A stretch of 64,000 bases of DNA from assembly GCA_018624035.1 (NCBI GenBank), contig JAAZUU010000001.1, forward strand, positions 4,080-68,079, written 5' to 3'. Of this stretch, positions 27,237 through 37,671 are shown in pieces (the stretch's first letter is position 1; the number at the start of each line of letters is the position of its first letter). This DNA comes from Rhodobiaceae bacterium (GTDB taxonomy: Bacteria; Pseudomonadota; Alphaproteobacteria; Puniceispirillales; Puniceispirillaceae). The position numbers and the translations under genes are program-made. Under the pieces are notes generated by a model, which saw only the letters and a program-made list of their open reading frames with translations, did no database searches and was not told where the DNA came from.

Positions 27237-27370
27237 CCATCATCCGGCAGACCGGACATTGCCACAGACCGCACGGGCATCGCCTTCATCGAAGACGGGC
27301 GCGCGCCAGCGCCGGAAATCTTGCGAAGGCGACCATCCCTCCTTGACGATCCGGAGCTGTGCTGCCGGCG

Positions 27371-28816
27371 TCAGCCCTTCATAAGCTGATAGAGCTGTGA
27401 CCAACGTGTACGGGCGTCGCCCAGCGTTTCAGCCAGGCGCGGGTCGGGCTCGATGGTCAATCGGGTTGCCGGTTTGTGGCAGATATCACCGGCGTCTGCG
27501 CCAGCCGCCATCATGGCGAGCCGCGCGGCACCAAGGGCTGCTCCAAAATCGCCATCCGCCGGCAGATCGATCGGAATGCCGGCAACCGCGGCGATATAGG
27601 ACAGCCAGGTCTCGTTCCTCGCCCCGCCACCGGTCGCCAGCAATCGTGTGGGCGCGCCGCCGGCCCCGGACAGGACGTCCGTCGCGTCGGCGATGGCGAA
27701 GGCGACGCCCTGCAGCACGGCCCGGGTCATCTCGCCCCGGCCGTGATCGCGCCGCAGACCGAAGAAACCGCCGCGGGCATCGGCATCATTATGCGGTGTC
27801 CGCTCGCCTGACAGATAGGGATGGAACATCAGGTCGGTGGCGGCAAGGTCGGTGGTGGCAAGATCCTGCATCAGCGTCGCGACATCGGTGCCGGTGACCT
27901 CGCACAGCCAGGACACGCAGTCGCTTGCCGCAAGGATCACCCCCATCTGGTGCCAGGTATCGGGAAGCGCGTGGCAGAAGGCATGGGCACCGGACCCGGC
28001 CGCCGGCGCAAACCTGTCGGTGACGGTGAACACCACCCCCGAGGTGCCAAGCGAAAGGAAGCTGTCCCCCGGCGTGACCGTTCCCAATCCGACCGCTGCC
28101 GCCGCATTGTCACCACCGCCGCCGGCAACCACCGGCCTGCCGTCGATTCCCCAGTCGCGGGCGATCTCGTCACGAAGCTGTCCCGAAACAGCATTGCCCT
28201 CGACAAGGCGTGGCATGTTGGCGCGATCAAGGCCGCACAGAGCAAGAAGCGTGTCCGACCAGTCGCGCGCCGCCACATCAAGCCACAATGTGCCAGCCGC
28301 ATCCGACATCTCAGACACTGTCTCGCCGGTCATGCGAAGACGCAGATAATCCTTGGGAACCAGGATCATGCTCGTGGCCGCGAACAGCCTGCTTTCATTC
28401 TCGGCCATCCAGACGGATTTCGGGGCGGTGAATCCGGGCATGACGGCATTGCCGCCGATCGAACGGAATTCGGCATGTGACTGGTCAAGACGGTGCGCCT
28501 GCGGAGCCGATCTTGTGTCATTCCACAGGATGGCCGGCCGAAGCGGCCGCATCGCCTGATCAAGCGCCGTCAGCCCGTGCATCTGCCCTGACAGGCCGAT
28601 GGCCGCCACCGCGGCAAGCTCCCGCGGATGTGTCTTCCTGATCTGGCGGACCGCCAGGTCGGCGGCCTGCCACCAGCTTTCGGGATCCTGTTCCGACCAG
28701 CCTCGGTGCGGCCGGCTGACGCAAAGGGGTGCCGACTGGCTGGTGACAGCCATGCCATCGGCATCCACAAGAAGTGCCTTCACCGCCGACGTGCCAAGAT
28801 CAAGGCCAAGAAACAT
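27371..28816 (-). CDS. xylB: Xylulokinase (FGGY family)
   Basis: The ATG at comp(28814-28816) is preceded by GAAGGAGGG. MFLGLDLGTSAVKALL... and the length and motifs are typical of XylB. Confidence 0.75.
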   Translation of the reverse strand: MFLGLDLGTSAVKALLVDADGMAVTSQSAPLCVSRPHRGWSEQDPESWWQAADLAVRQIRKTHPRELAAVAAIGLSGQMHGLTALDQAMRPLRPAILWNDTRSAPQAHRLDQSHAEFRSIGGNAVMPGFTAPKSVWMAENESRLFAATSMILVPKDYLRLRMTGETVSEMSDAAGTLWLDVAARDWSDTLLALCGLDRANMPRLVEGNAVSGQLRDEIARDWGIDGRPVVAGGGGDNAAAAVGLGTVTPGDSFLSLGTSGVVFTVTDRFAPAAGSGAHAFCHALPDTWHQMGVILAASDCVSWLCEVTGTDVATLMQDLATTDLAATDLMFHPYLSGERTPHNDADARGGFFGLRRDHGRGEMTRAVLQGVAFAIADATDVLSGAGGAPTRLLATGGGARNETWLSYIAAVAGIPIDLPADGDFGAALGAARLAMMAAGADAGDICHKPATRLTIEPDPRLAETLGDARTRWSQLYQLMKG

Positions 28817-28951
28817 GACGCCCTCCTTCAAAAGGCAGACAGCCTATCATCGATTGGCGGCAATGTGCAGGTATCAGCCGCAATCGACGGGACCGGCTTC
28901 CATGCCGGCAGGTGTGAGGCCGGTTGGCAAAGCCACTACCGTCGCGACCTG

Positions 28952-30475
28952 TCAGCTCGTCGGGGGGCTGTCGATGTAACGGTGGACCGTGGCCTCGACA
29001 CCATCCTGCCAGAGGCTGGCAAGCCAGTCCGCAAAAGCGTCGGCAAAGCGGGGATTGTTCGCAAGATCCCCATAGATTCGGGTCATCTGCAACCATGCCA
29101 GCGGCGTGTGACGCGCCGTGGTCGCGGCGGCGGTCAGCATGTCCCACATGGGGTCGTTCGCCTCGATCCGGCTGCCATCCTCGCGCTTTCCGGCACACAT
29201 GCGGGCCCACAGCGCCTCGACAAGGGCCAGCCCGCTGACCGGGGTGCCGGCGGCGAGACCGTCCCGCACCGATGGCAGCAGGAACCCGACATGCCGCGCC
29301 GAGCCGTCAAAGGCGACGCGCCGGATGGTGTCGACAATGGCCGGATTGGCGAACCGCCGATCGATCATGGCAAGATACGCTGTCGCCGTGAGGCCCGGCA
29401 TCCGTGGCACATGGGGCAGAATTTCCGCTGTTTGAACCTTGCTGAACAGACTGTGGATGGTCGGGTTTTCCATGGCCTGGGAAATGGTGTCGAGCCCCAT
29501 CAATTCGCCGATATTGGCCAGTATCTGATGGCCGCCATTCAGGATGCGTATTTTTCGTGCCTCATGCTGATGCACCTGATCCGAGAACTCGGCGCCCACG
29601 AGATTCCAGTCCGGTCGCCCGGCACAGAAATCGTCCTCGATCACCCACTGGCGGAAATTCTCGTGCGTGACCGGTGCTGCATCATCGATGCCGATTGTGC
29701 GGGCGAGCTGCGTTTCCATTGGTCCGGTTGCCGGCACGATGCAGTCGACCATCGAATTGGGGAATGAACAATGGCTGTCGATCCAGTCTGCGAGGTCCGG
29801 GTCGGCCAGCCTGGCAAGTCCGACAACCGTCTGCCTCAGGATCGCGCCATTGCCCTGAAGATTGTCGCAGCACAGACCGGTGAACGGGCCGGCATTGGTG
29901 TCACGCCGGTGGCGGAGTGCCGCCACCATGGCCCCGAAGGCGGTGCGCGGCCTTGCCGGGTTCTCGGCGTCATGGCGGATATCCGGATGGGCCGTGTCCA
30001 GCCCCCCGGTATCGGTGTTGATGTAGTAGCCACCTTCGGTAATCGTCATCGAGACAATCCGGATTGCCGGGTCGGCCATCGCCCTGATCAGCGCCGCATT
30101 GTCGGCCTCGACCGGCAGATAATCCAACATCGGACCGATGATTTCGGCTGCCTGGCCACCATCGGGGTCAAGTTCGATCAATGTCGTCAGACAGTCCTGC
30201 GCCAGCAGCCGCCGGCGCATCATGTGATCATGTTCCATCACACCGGCACCAATGATGGCCCAGTCGGAGGCGTCGCCCCGCTGCATCAGCCGATGGACAT
30301 ACCAGGCAAGATGGGCGCGGTGGAAATTGCCGACACCGATATGAAGGATGCCGGGGGTCATCCTGCCGCGATCATAGACCGGCACCGTCACCCGTCCCGA
30401 CAGGTCGCCAAGCGCGGCGTTGCAGAGCGCCGAAGCACTGATGTCCTTGCCGGCAGGTTCCATCAGCTCATCCAT
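28952..30475 (-). CDS. mtlK: Mannitol dehydrogenase family polyol dehydrogenase (mannitol 2-dehydrogenase / D-arabinitol 4-dehydrogenase type)
   Basis: 507 aa: ILHIGVGNFHRAHLAWY... is the long-chain mannitol dehydrogenase signature. Its position after smoS matches R. sphaeroides. The start is ATG 30475 or 30463. Confidence 0.75.
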   Translation of the reverse strand: MDELMEPAGKDISASALCNAALGDLSGRVTVPVYDRGRMTPGILHIGVGNFHRAHLAWYVHRLMQRGDASDWAIIGAGVMEHDHMMRRRLLAQDCLTTLIELDPDGGQAAEIIGPMLDYLPVEADNAALIRAMADPAIRIVSMTITEGGYYINTDTGGLDTAHPDIRHDAENPARPRTAFGAMVAALRHRRDTNAGPFTGLCCDNLQGNGAILRQTVVGLARLADPDLADWIDSHCSFPNSMVDCIVPATGPMETQLARTIGIDDAAPVTHENFRQWVIEDDFCAGRPDWNLVGAEFSDQVHQHEARKIRILNGGHQILANIGELMGLDTISQAMENPTIHSLFSKVQTAEILPHVPRMPGLTATAYLAMIDRRFANPAIVDTIRRVAFDGSARHVGFLLPSVRDGLAAGTPVSGLALVEALWARMCAGKREDGSRIEANDPMWDMLTAAATTARHTPLAWLQMTRIYGDLANNPRFADAFADWLASLWQDGVEATVHRYIDSPPTS

Positions 30476-31232
30476 TGTCCGCCATCCACATTATAGGTCT
30501 GGGCAACGATGTAATCAGCCTCGTCGCTCGCCAGAAACACAGCCATGCCGGCAAGGTCGTCGGGTCGGCCCATCCGTCCGAACGGCACACTGGCGCCGAC
30601 CTCGCGCTTTTTCTGGCCGGGTGCCTTGTTTTCATATTTCGCAAAGAAGGCGTCGACCCCGTCCCAATGTTCGCCATCAACAACCCCGGGGGCGATGGCG
30701 TTCACGTTGATGCCATGGCTGATCAGGTTCAGCCCGGCGGACTGTGTCAGGCTGATGACAGCCGCCTTGGTCGCGCAATAGACCGCCACAAGCGGCTCAC
30801 CGCGCCGGCCGGCCTGGCTTGCCATATTGATGATCTTGCCGCCTTTGCCGCGGTCGATCATGTGTCGTGCCACCGCCTGCATGGTGAACAGTGTGCCGGC
30901 GACATTGATCTCGAACAGCTGCTGATAGTCGGCGCGGGTGATGTCGGCAATCGGTGCCGCGGTGAAGACCGCCGCGTTGTTGATCAGGATATCAATTCCG
31001 TCAAACACAGTGGCGGCCGCAGACACCGCCGCATCGATGCTGTCCTGGCTTGTCACATCCATTTCGATGGCGATGGCGGCGTCGCCGATATCAGCGGCCA
31101 CCCTGCAGGCGCGGTCGATATCGATATCGGCGATGGCGACGCGAGCGCCCTCGCTGGCATAGGTCTGTGCGAAATGACAGCCGATGCCCCTTGCGGCGCC
31201 GGTGATCAGAGCCGATTTGCCGGAAAGCCGCC

Positions 31233-31236
<4 letters not shown>
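30463..31236 (-). CDS. smoS: Short-chain dehydrogenase, sorbitol (galactitol) dehydrogenase type
   Basis: 257 aa: [24 protein letters not shown] overlap with smoK. Synteny with the R. sphaeroides smo operon. Confidence 0.7.
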
Positions 31237-32237
<1,001 letters not shown>

Positions 32238-32250
32238 CAGCCTCTTTCCC

Positions 32251-33081
32251 CTATTTCACCGCGCCGAAGGTCAGGCCGCGAACAAGTTGTTTCTGGCTGA
32301 ACCAGCCCATGACGAGGATCGGTGCGATCGCCATCACCGACGCGGCGCTGAGTTTTGCGTAGAACAGGCCCTCCGGGCTGGAATAGCTGGCGATGAAGGC
32401 GGTCAGCGGTGCCGCCCTGGCGGCGGTGAGGTTCAGCGTCCAGAACGCCTCGTTCCAGGCCAGAATAATGTTCAGCAGCATTGTCGAGGCGATCCCCGGA
32501 ATGGCCATCGGCGTCAGGACATAGAGCAGTTCGGCCCGCATACCGGCACCATCCATCCGCGCCGCTTCCAGAATTTCTGCCGGAATCTCGCGGAAATAGG
32601 TGTAGAGCATCCACACGATGATCGGCAGATTGATCAGCATCAGCACAATGACCAGTCCGGTGCGGCTGTCGAGAAGGCCAAGCTCAATGAACAGCAGATA
32701 GATCGGATAGAGGACCCCGACGGCCGGCAGCATTTTTGTCGACAGCATCCACATCAGGATGCCGCGCGTCCGCTGTGACGGCACGAAGGCCATCGACCAG
32801 GCGGCCGGAACGGCGACAAGAATGCCAAGCAGTGTCGAGCCGACAGCAACGATCACCGAATTGAAGAAATGCTTGAAATAGTCCGAACGGTCCTGAACCA
32901 CGGCGTAGCTTTCGAATGTCCAGGCCGAGGTCAGAACCTTCATCGGTGTACTGATGGCGTCCCCCTCGGATTTGAAGGACAGCACGACGATCCACAGGAT
33001 CGGGAAGACAATCACCATGGCCACCGTCCAGGCGATGATGGTGGTGATTGTCTTCTGACGGATTGTTGTCGCGCGGGCCAT
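32251..33081 (-). CDS. smoG: Polyol ABC transporter permease
   Basis: 276 aa, GGAAGG SD, EAA loop [22 protein letters not shown]. Confidence 0.8.
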   Translation of the reverse strand: MARATTIRQKTITTIIAWTVAMVIVFPILWIVVLSFKSEGDAISTPMKVLTSAWTFESYAVVQDRSDYFKHFFNSVIVAVGSTLLGILVAVPAAWSMAFVPSQRTRGILMWMLSTKMLPAVGVLYPIYLLFIELGLLDSRTGLVIVLMLINLPIIVWMLYTYFREIPAEILEAARMDGAGMRAELLYVLTPMAIPGIASTMLLNIILAWNEAFWTLNLTAARAAPLTAFIASYSSPEGLFYAKLSAASVMAIAPILVMGWFSQKQLVRGLTFGAVK

Positions 33082-33093
33082 GATCCTGCCTTC

Positions 33094-33960
33094 CTATGCG
33101 TCCAGATTCTTGCCAACGACCCGCAGCAGGAATACCGCCACGATGTTGGCCAGAATGATGGCATAGACCCCGCCGGCCGATCCAAGCCCGACATTCTGAC
33201 TTTCCAGAACGCGCTGGAAGATCAGATATGTCAGCGTCTTGGTCCCGAACGCACCCGCGGTGGTGACGAAGATCTCGGCAAAGATCGACAGCAGGAAGAT
33301 CGTCTGGATCAGGATGACAACGGTAATGGCGCGCGCCAGATGCGGCAGGATGATGAACCAGAACCGGCCAAGCGGCCTTGCGCCGTCCATCTCGGCGGCC
33401 TCCAGCTGTTCGGTGTCGAGAGACTGGATGGCTGTCAGCAGGATCAGAGTTGCGAAAGGCAGCCATTGCCAGCTGACGATCATGACAAGTGACGGCATCG
33501 ATGCCTGACTGAGCCATTGTATGGGCTCGGCACCGAAGAACCGCCACAGATGGGCGAAGAATCCGTTCACCGGATCCATGAACATATTCTTCCAGACAAG
33601 ACCAGACACGGTCGGCATCACGAAAAAGGGCGCGATGACAAGAATGCGGACAACGCCCTGGCCCCACATTGGCTGATCAAGCAGCAGCGCAAGCGCAATG
33701 CCAAGCAGAACCGTGATGGCGAGAACGCCGCCGACGATGATCAATGTGGTGGCGACGGCGGGCCAGAACGAACTGGAGGAGACGAACCGGACGTAATTTT
33801 CAAACCCGACCCATCCAAGGTCGCCGCCACGAAGCGGCAGATATTTCTTGAAGGAAAAGAACAGGGTCATCGTCAGCGGCACGAGCATCCAGCCGAGAAG
33901 AAGAATGACAGCCGGAGCCATCATCATTCTGGCGACAGATTGGGAATGCTGGGTGGCCAC
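33094..33960 (-). CDS. smoF: Polyol ABC transporter permease
   Basis: 288 aa. The GTG start is supported by AAGGAG 8 nt upstream. EAA loop: QLEAAEMDGARPLGRFWFIILP. Confidence 0.8.
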   Translation of the reverse strand: MATQHSQSVARMMMAPAVILLLGWMLVPLTMTLFFSFKKYLPLRGGDLGWVGFENYVRFVSSSSFWPAVATTLIIVGGVLAITVLLGIALALLLDQPMWGQGVVRILVIAPFFVMPTVSGLVWKNMFMDPVNGFFAHLWRFFGAEPIQWLSQASMPSLVMIVSWQWLPFATLILLTAIQSLDTEQLEAAEMDGARPLGRFWFIILPHLARAITVVILIQTIFLLSIFAEIFVTTAGAFGTKTLTYLIFQRVLESQNVGLGSAGGVYAIILANIVAVFLLRVVGKNLDA

Positions 33961-34029
33961 GGGGACGACTCCTTATCGCCGGCTCAGGCGCGAATGGGCA
34001 AAGTAATCAATGTAGCAGAAGCGGCTGTG

Positions 34030-34061
34030 AAAATCCCGAGGGCGCCACGCGACGCCCCCGG
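34030..34061 (-). terminator. Probable attenuator hairpin between smoE and smoF
   Basis: 9-bp stem with one mismatch (CCGGGGGCG...CGCCCTCGG on the minus strand), followed by GATTTTC. Confidence 0.4.
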
Positions 34062-34072
34062 AAAAATTGCGC

Positions 34073-35377
34073 CTAGCGGTAGCCTGCGGCTTCCATGGCA
34101 TCGTTGGTCAGGGCCTGGGCCTTGGCAAGCGCCTCTTCCACCGACTGCTGGCCGGCATAGGCAGCCGAGAATTCCTGGCTGACCTCTGTCGCGATACCGG
34201 CAAATTCCGGAATGGCGGCAAACTGGATGCCGACATACGGGCTCGGATCGACCGTCGAGTTGTTCGGGTCGGCCGACAGAATCGATTCCAGCGTCATCTT
34301 GGCGAACGGGATGTCCTTGTAGTTCGCGTTCTCATAGAGCGAGGTGCGCGCGCCCGGAGGCACGTTTGCCCAGCCCTCTTTCGAGGCGACAAGCTCGATA
34401 TAGCCGTTCGAGGTGGCCCACTCGATGAACTGCTTGGCAGCGGCTTCCTTCTGGGTGCCTGCCGGAATGGCAAGAGCCCATGCCCAGAGCCAGTTCGAGC
34501 GGACGCCCATGCCATTGTCAGGTGCCAGCGCGAAGCCGACCTTGTCGGCCACGGTCGAATCCTTCGGGTTGGTCACGAAGGATGCCGCCACGGTGGCGTC
34601 GATCCACATGCCGCACTTGCCCTGCTGGAACAGCGACAGGTTTTCGTTGAAACCGTTGGTGGCGTAGCCGGCCGGACCAGCGTCATTCATCATGTTGACG
34701 AAGAAGTTCAGCGTGTCGGACCACTCGCGGGTGTCGAACTGGGCATTCCACTTCTCGTCGAACCAACGGGCGCCGAACGAGTTCGACATGGCGGTGATGA
34801 AGGCACCGCCTTCGCCCCAGCCGGCCTTGCCACGAAGGCAGATGCCGTTGATGTCATTGTCGCGATCGGTCATCTCGCGCGCGGCCTTCGCAATGAAGGA
34901 CCAGGACGGCGCAGCCGGCATTTCCAGCCCGGCCTTCGCCATCAGATCGGTGCGATACATGATCATCGAGCTTTCGCCATAGAACGGCGCCGCATACAGC
35001 GTGCCGTCATGGCTCAGGCCGCCGGCCATCGCCGGCAGGATGTCGCCGACATTGTAACCGGCGCTGAGATCGTCAAGCGGCACCAGCCAGCCATTCTTTC
35101 CCCAGATCGGTGTCTCGTACATGCCGATGGTCATGATGTCGAAGGCACCGCCCTTGGTTGTGATGTCGGTTGTCACCCGCTGACGGAGTACGTTTTCTTC
35201 CAGGGTTACCCACTCGACCTTGTGGCCGGTCTTGGCGGTGAAATCGTCGGTGAGACCCTGCATGCGGATCATGTCACCATTGTTGACTGTCGCGATGGTC
35301 AGGGTTTCTGCATAGGCAACGCCAGACGCCATCAGCGTCGCCGCGGCTGCCGTGCAGATCAGTTTTCTGAAGTGCAT
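34073..35377 (-). CDS. smoE: Polyol (sorbitol/mannitol) ABC transporter substrate-binding protein
   Basis: The internal ATG at comp(35375-35377) is preceded by AGGAGGAAT and gives the signal peptide MHFRKLICTAAAATLMASGVAYA. Confidence 0.8.
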   Translation of the reverse strand: MHFRKLICTAAAATLMASGVAYAETLTIATVNNGDMIRMQGLTDDFTAKTGHKVEWVTLEENVLRQRVTTDITTKGGAFDIMTIGMYETPIWGKNGWLVPLDDLSAGYNVGDILPAMAGGLSHDGTLYAAPFYGESSMIMYRTDLMAKAGLEMPAAPSWSFIAKAAREMTDRDNDINGICLRGKAGWGEGGAFITAMSNSFGARWFDEKWNAQFDTREWSDTLNFFVNMMNDAGPAGYATNGFNENLSLFQQGKCGMWIDATVAASFVTNPKDSTVADKVGFALAPDNGMGVRSNWLWAWALAIPAGTQKEAAAKQFIEWATSNGYIELVASKEGWANVPPGARTSLYENANYKDIPFAKMTLESILSADPNNSTVDPSPYVGIQFAAIPEFAGIATEVSQEFSAAYAGQQSVEEALAKAQALTNDAMEAAGYR

Positions 35378-35431
35378 TGTATTCCTCCTCCTGAATGTCA
35401 TGCAGGAAAATACAACACTGAAATGTTTTCT

Positions 35432-35460
35432 CGCGTCAATATATTTTTGACGCGCGTAAA
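35432..35460. promoter_or_regulatory. Candidate LacI-type operator upstream of smoE
   Basis: Inverted repeat CGCGTCAA-N7-TTGACGCG (35432-35454) overlaps the 14-bp quasi-palindrome TTGACGCGCGTAAA (35447-35460, 12/14 self-complementary). It lies 55-80 nt upstream of the smoE ATG. Confidence 0.45.
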
Positions 35461-35496
35461 TAAAAGGCTGCAACCCGGTGCGGCGCCGGCGCGGAT

Positions 35497-36528
35497 CTAT
35501 GCCGAGGCACGCATGATCAGACGGGCCGCGAACAGCGTTTCCTCGCGGGTTTCCAGCCTGCCACCGGCCTCGATCAACCGGAACAATGTCTCGACCGCAT
35601 GATCCGATACCGCTTCATAATCATGCGCTGCGGTGGTCAGTGACGGGCAGGTGAATCTGGAATAGGGATGGTCATCATGCGATGCGATGCGAATCGTGCA
35701 TCCCTCTTCACGGCCGACCCGGATCCCCAGCTCATGGCAGGCTGACAGCACCCCGATGGCCAGCCTGTCATTGCTGCACAGCACGGTGTCGGTTGGCAGA
35801 AGATCCTGTTTCAGCACTTTCAGCGCGCCAGTGCGGCCAATCTCCTCGAACCCCCAGCCGGTGCCGTCTATCTTGATGAGATGGGGTTCCAGATTGAGCC
35901 GCCGCATCATCTCGAGATAGGCGTGGCGGCGCTTGTTGGCGTTGGGGTTGGCCGGATCACGCATCTCGAAAAAACAGGGTGCGCTTCCGGTTCTGCTCAG
36001 ATATTCAACGGTCTGTGATACAAAACTGAAATTGTCCGACCCGACAAAGGCGGCGCCGACACCCTCGATATTGCTGTCGAACAATATGGTCGGGACGTCG
36101 CGACAGAAGGCCTCGATATGTTTTCGGTCGGAGGCGCGTCCGAGCGGGGCCAACAGCACGCCGGCCGGCCTGAGCAGACGAAGCGTGTCGAGAATCTCGA
36201 TTTCCTGGCCGGGCTCGCCATGTGAGGAGAATAATGTGGGGGTGAAGCCGGCATCGATGCAACGGCGTTCGATGACGCGGGCGATTTCCGCAAAGAACGG
36301 ATCGGCAAGATATGGCACCACGATGCCGATATTCTTGGTCAATCGCCGGTTCTGGTTCATCGCATAGATATTCGGGCGGTAGTCATATTCCTTCAGCGCG
36401 GCCTCGATCCGGCCACGGGTCGAGGGTCTGACACTGTTCGGGTCGTTGAAATATTTCGAAATGGTAGGACGGGAAATACCGCAAAGTGCGGCAAACTCAT
36501 CCATGTTCCTGATCTCTTGCCTGCGCAT
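35497..36528 (-). CDS. LacI-family transcriptional regulator
   Basis: HTH region MRRQEIRNMDEFAALCGISRPTISKYFND followed by a periplasmic-binding-protein-like sugar domain. The track start (36552) is a TTG; I prefer the ATG at 36528. Confidence 0.75.
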   Translation of the reverse strand: MRRQEIRNMDEFAALCGISRPTISKYFNDPNSVRPSTRGRIEAALKEYDYRPNIYAMNQNRRLTKNIGIVVPYLADPFFAEIARVIERRCIDAGFTPTLFSSHGEPGQEIEILDTLRLLRPAGVLLAPLGRASDRKHIEAFCRDVPTILFDSNIEGVGAAFVGSDNFSFVSQTVEYLSRTGSAPCFFEMRDPANPNANKRRHAYLEMMRRLNLEPHLIKIDGTGWGFEEIGRTGALKVLKQDLLPTDTVLCSNDRLAIGVLSACHELGIRVGREEGCTIRIASHDDHPYSRFTCPSLTTAAHDYEAVSDHAVETLFRLIEAGGRLETREETLFAARLIMRASA

Positions 36529-36589
36529 TGTCTTTCCGAAACCGGCCTGCAATCATATGCCAAATTTTTTGTCGATGTTTGACTCAATA

Positions 36590-36603
36590 TTAACGCGTGT
36601 AAA
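36590..36603. promoter_or_regulatory. Second copy of the LacI-type box (TTAACGCGTGTAAA) in the lacI / frcK-like divergent spacer
   Basis: 12 of 14 positions are identical to TTGACGCGCGTAAA at 35447-35460. Confidence 0.4.
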
Positions 36604-36674
36604 ATTTTGGGCAAGCCGGGTTTCTGGGGTAATGTCATATATCGGTTGGTGAACAGGAATGGATTGGTTGGGAC

Positions 36675-37307
36675 ATGTCACCTCTCACAGCATCACGGAT
36701 CACTGATATTGACCGGCTTGTTCCGGAAATCACGGCTCTGGTGGACCGGGGCGGGATGGCCGCGGTGGCGATTGCCGGCCCGCCGGGCAGTGGCAAATCG
36801 ACCATTGCTGCCGATTTGCGGGCGCGGGTCGGCGATTCCTGTTGTGTTGTGCCGATGGACGGGTTCCATCTTGACAATGACACGCTGGCGGCCCGCGGCC
36901 TTCTGGCGGTCAAGGGGGCGCCGGACACCTTCGACCTTGCCGGGTTCACCGGGCTTGTTGATGACCTCAAAAGTGGCACGGTCAGACATTTTCCGACCTT
37001 CGACCGGGACGCTGACAGCGTTGTCGAACGTGGCGGCGTCGTTCCCGACGGTGTGTCGGTATTGTTGTTCGAGGGCAATTACCTGCTGTTTGACGAGCAG
37101 GGCTGGCGTGAACTGGCGGGCATGTGGGACGCCGCACTCTGGCTTGATGTGCCGGAGGGCGTCCTGCAGGACCGGTTGACGCAGCGCTGGCTCGACCAGG
37201 GCATGTCGAGCCAGGATGCGCTGGCGCGCGCGCAGATGAATGATCTGGTGAATGCCCGTCGCGTCATCGAACAGGCGATGCCGGCCACCTGGACCCTGCC
37301 GAACTGA
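36675..37307 (+). CDS. P-loop nucleoside/sugar kinase-like protein (PRK/uridine-kinase fold, FrcK-like)
   Basis: 210 aa with Walker A GPPGSGKST followed by VVPMDGFH. It resembles the frcK-type putative kinase found next to rhizobial fructose transporters. Confidence 0.55.
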   Translation: MSPLTASRITDIDRLVPEITALVDRGGMAAVAIAGPPGSGKSTIAADLRARVGDSCCVVPMDGFHLDNDTLAARGLLAVKGAPDTFDLAGFTGLVDDLKSGTVRHFPTFDRDADSVVERGGVVPDGVSVLLFEGNYLLFDEQGWRELAGMWDAALWLDVPEGVLQDRLTQRWLDQGMSSQDALARAQMNDLVNARRVIEQAMPATWTLPN

Positions 37308-37340
37308 TCTTCCGCCAGCCGATGCTCAGCCAGCCTATTA

Positions 37341-37646
37341 CTAGAACGGAAAGCGACTTCCGCTCTTCGGTTGCCGCGAGACTTTGAACTCATGCCCCGG
37401 TTTCAGCGGCACGCAGGTGAATTGCGGCGCGCTCAAGCCAACGAACTGCATGTCGCTGGCGATATTCTGCGCCTGCGCGAAACAGCCGCCGGCCGCGTCG
37501 AAACGGAATCCGCTATCGACATAATCACCGCCGGCGATCACCCACAGCAGCAGATAATCCACCGGCTCCTCGGCGCTGGCGGTGATGCTGGCCGGGCCGG
37601 CCATGCCCCAGAATAGAGAACAGATTGCCAACCAACGTATCATCAC
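37341..37646 (-). CDS. Small secreted hypothetical protein
   Basis: 101 aa with signal peptide MMIRWLAICSLFWGMAGPASITASA. No recognisable family. The coding call rests on the ORF plus the signal peptide only. Confidence 0.4.
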   Translation of the reverse strand: MMIRWLAICSLFWGMAGPASITASAEEPVDYLLLWVIAGGDYVDSGFRFDAAGGCFAQAQNIASDMQFVGLSAPQFTCVPLKPGHEFKVSRQPKSGSRFPF

Positions 37647-37671
37647 TGCGCGTTACCTCGTCCCGGCCGCC

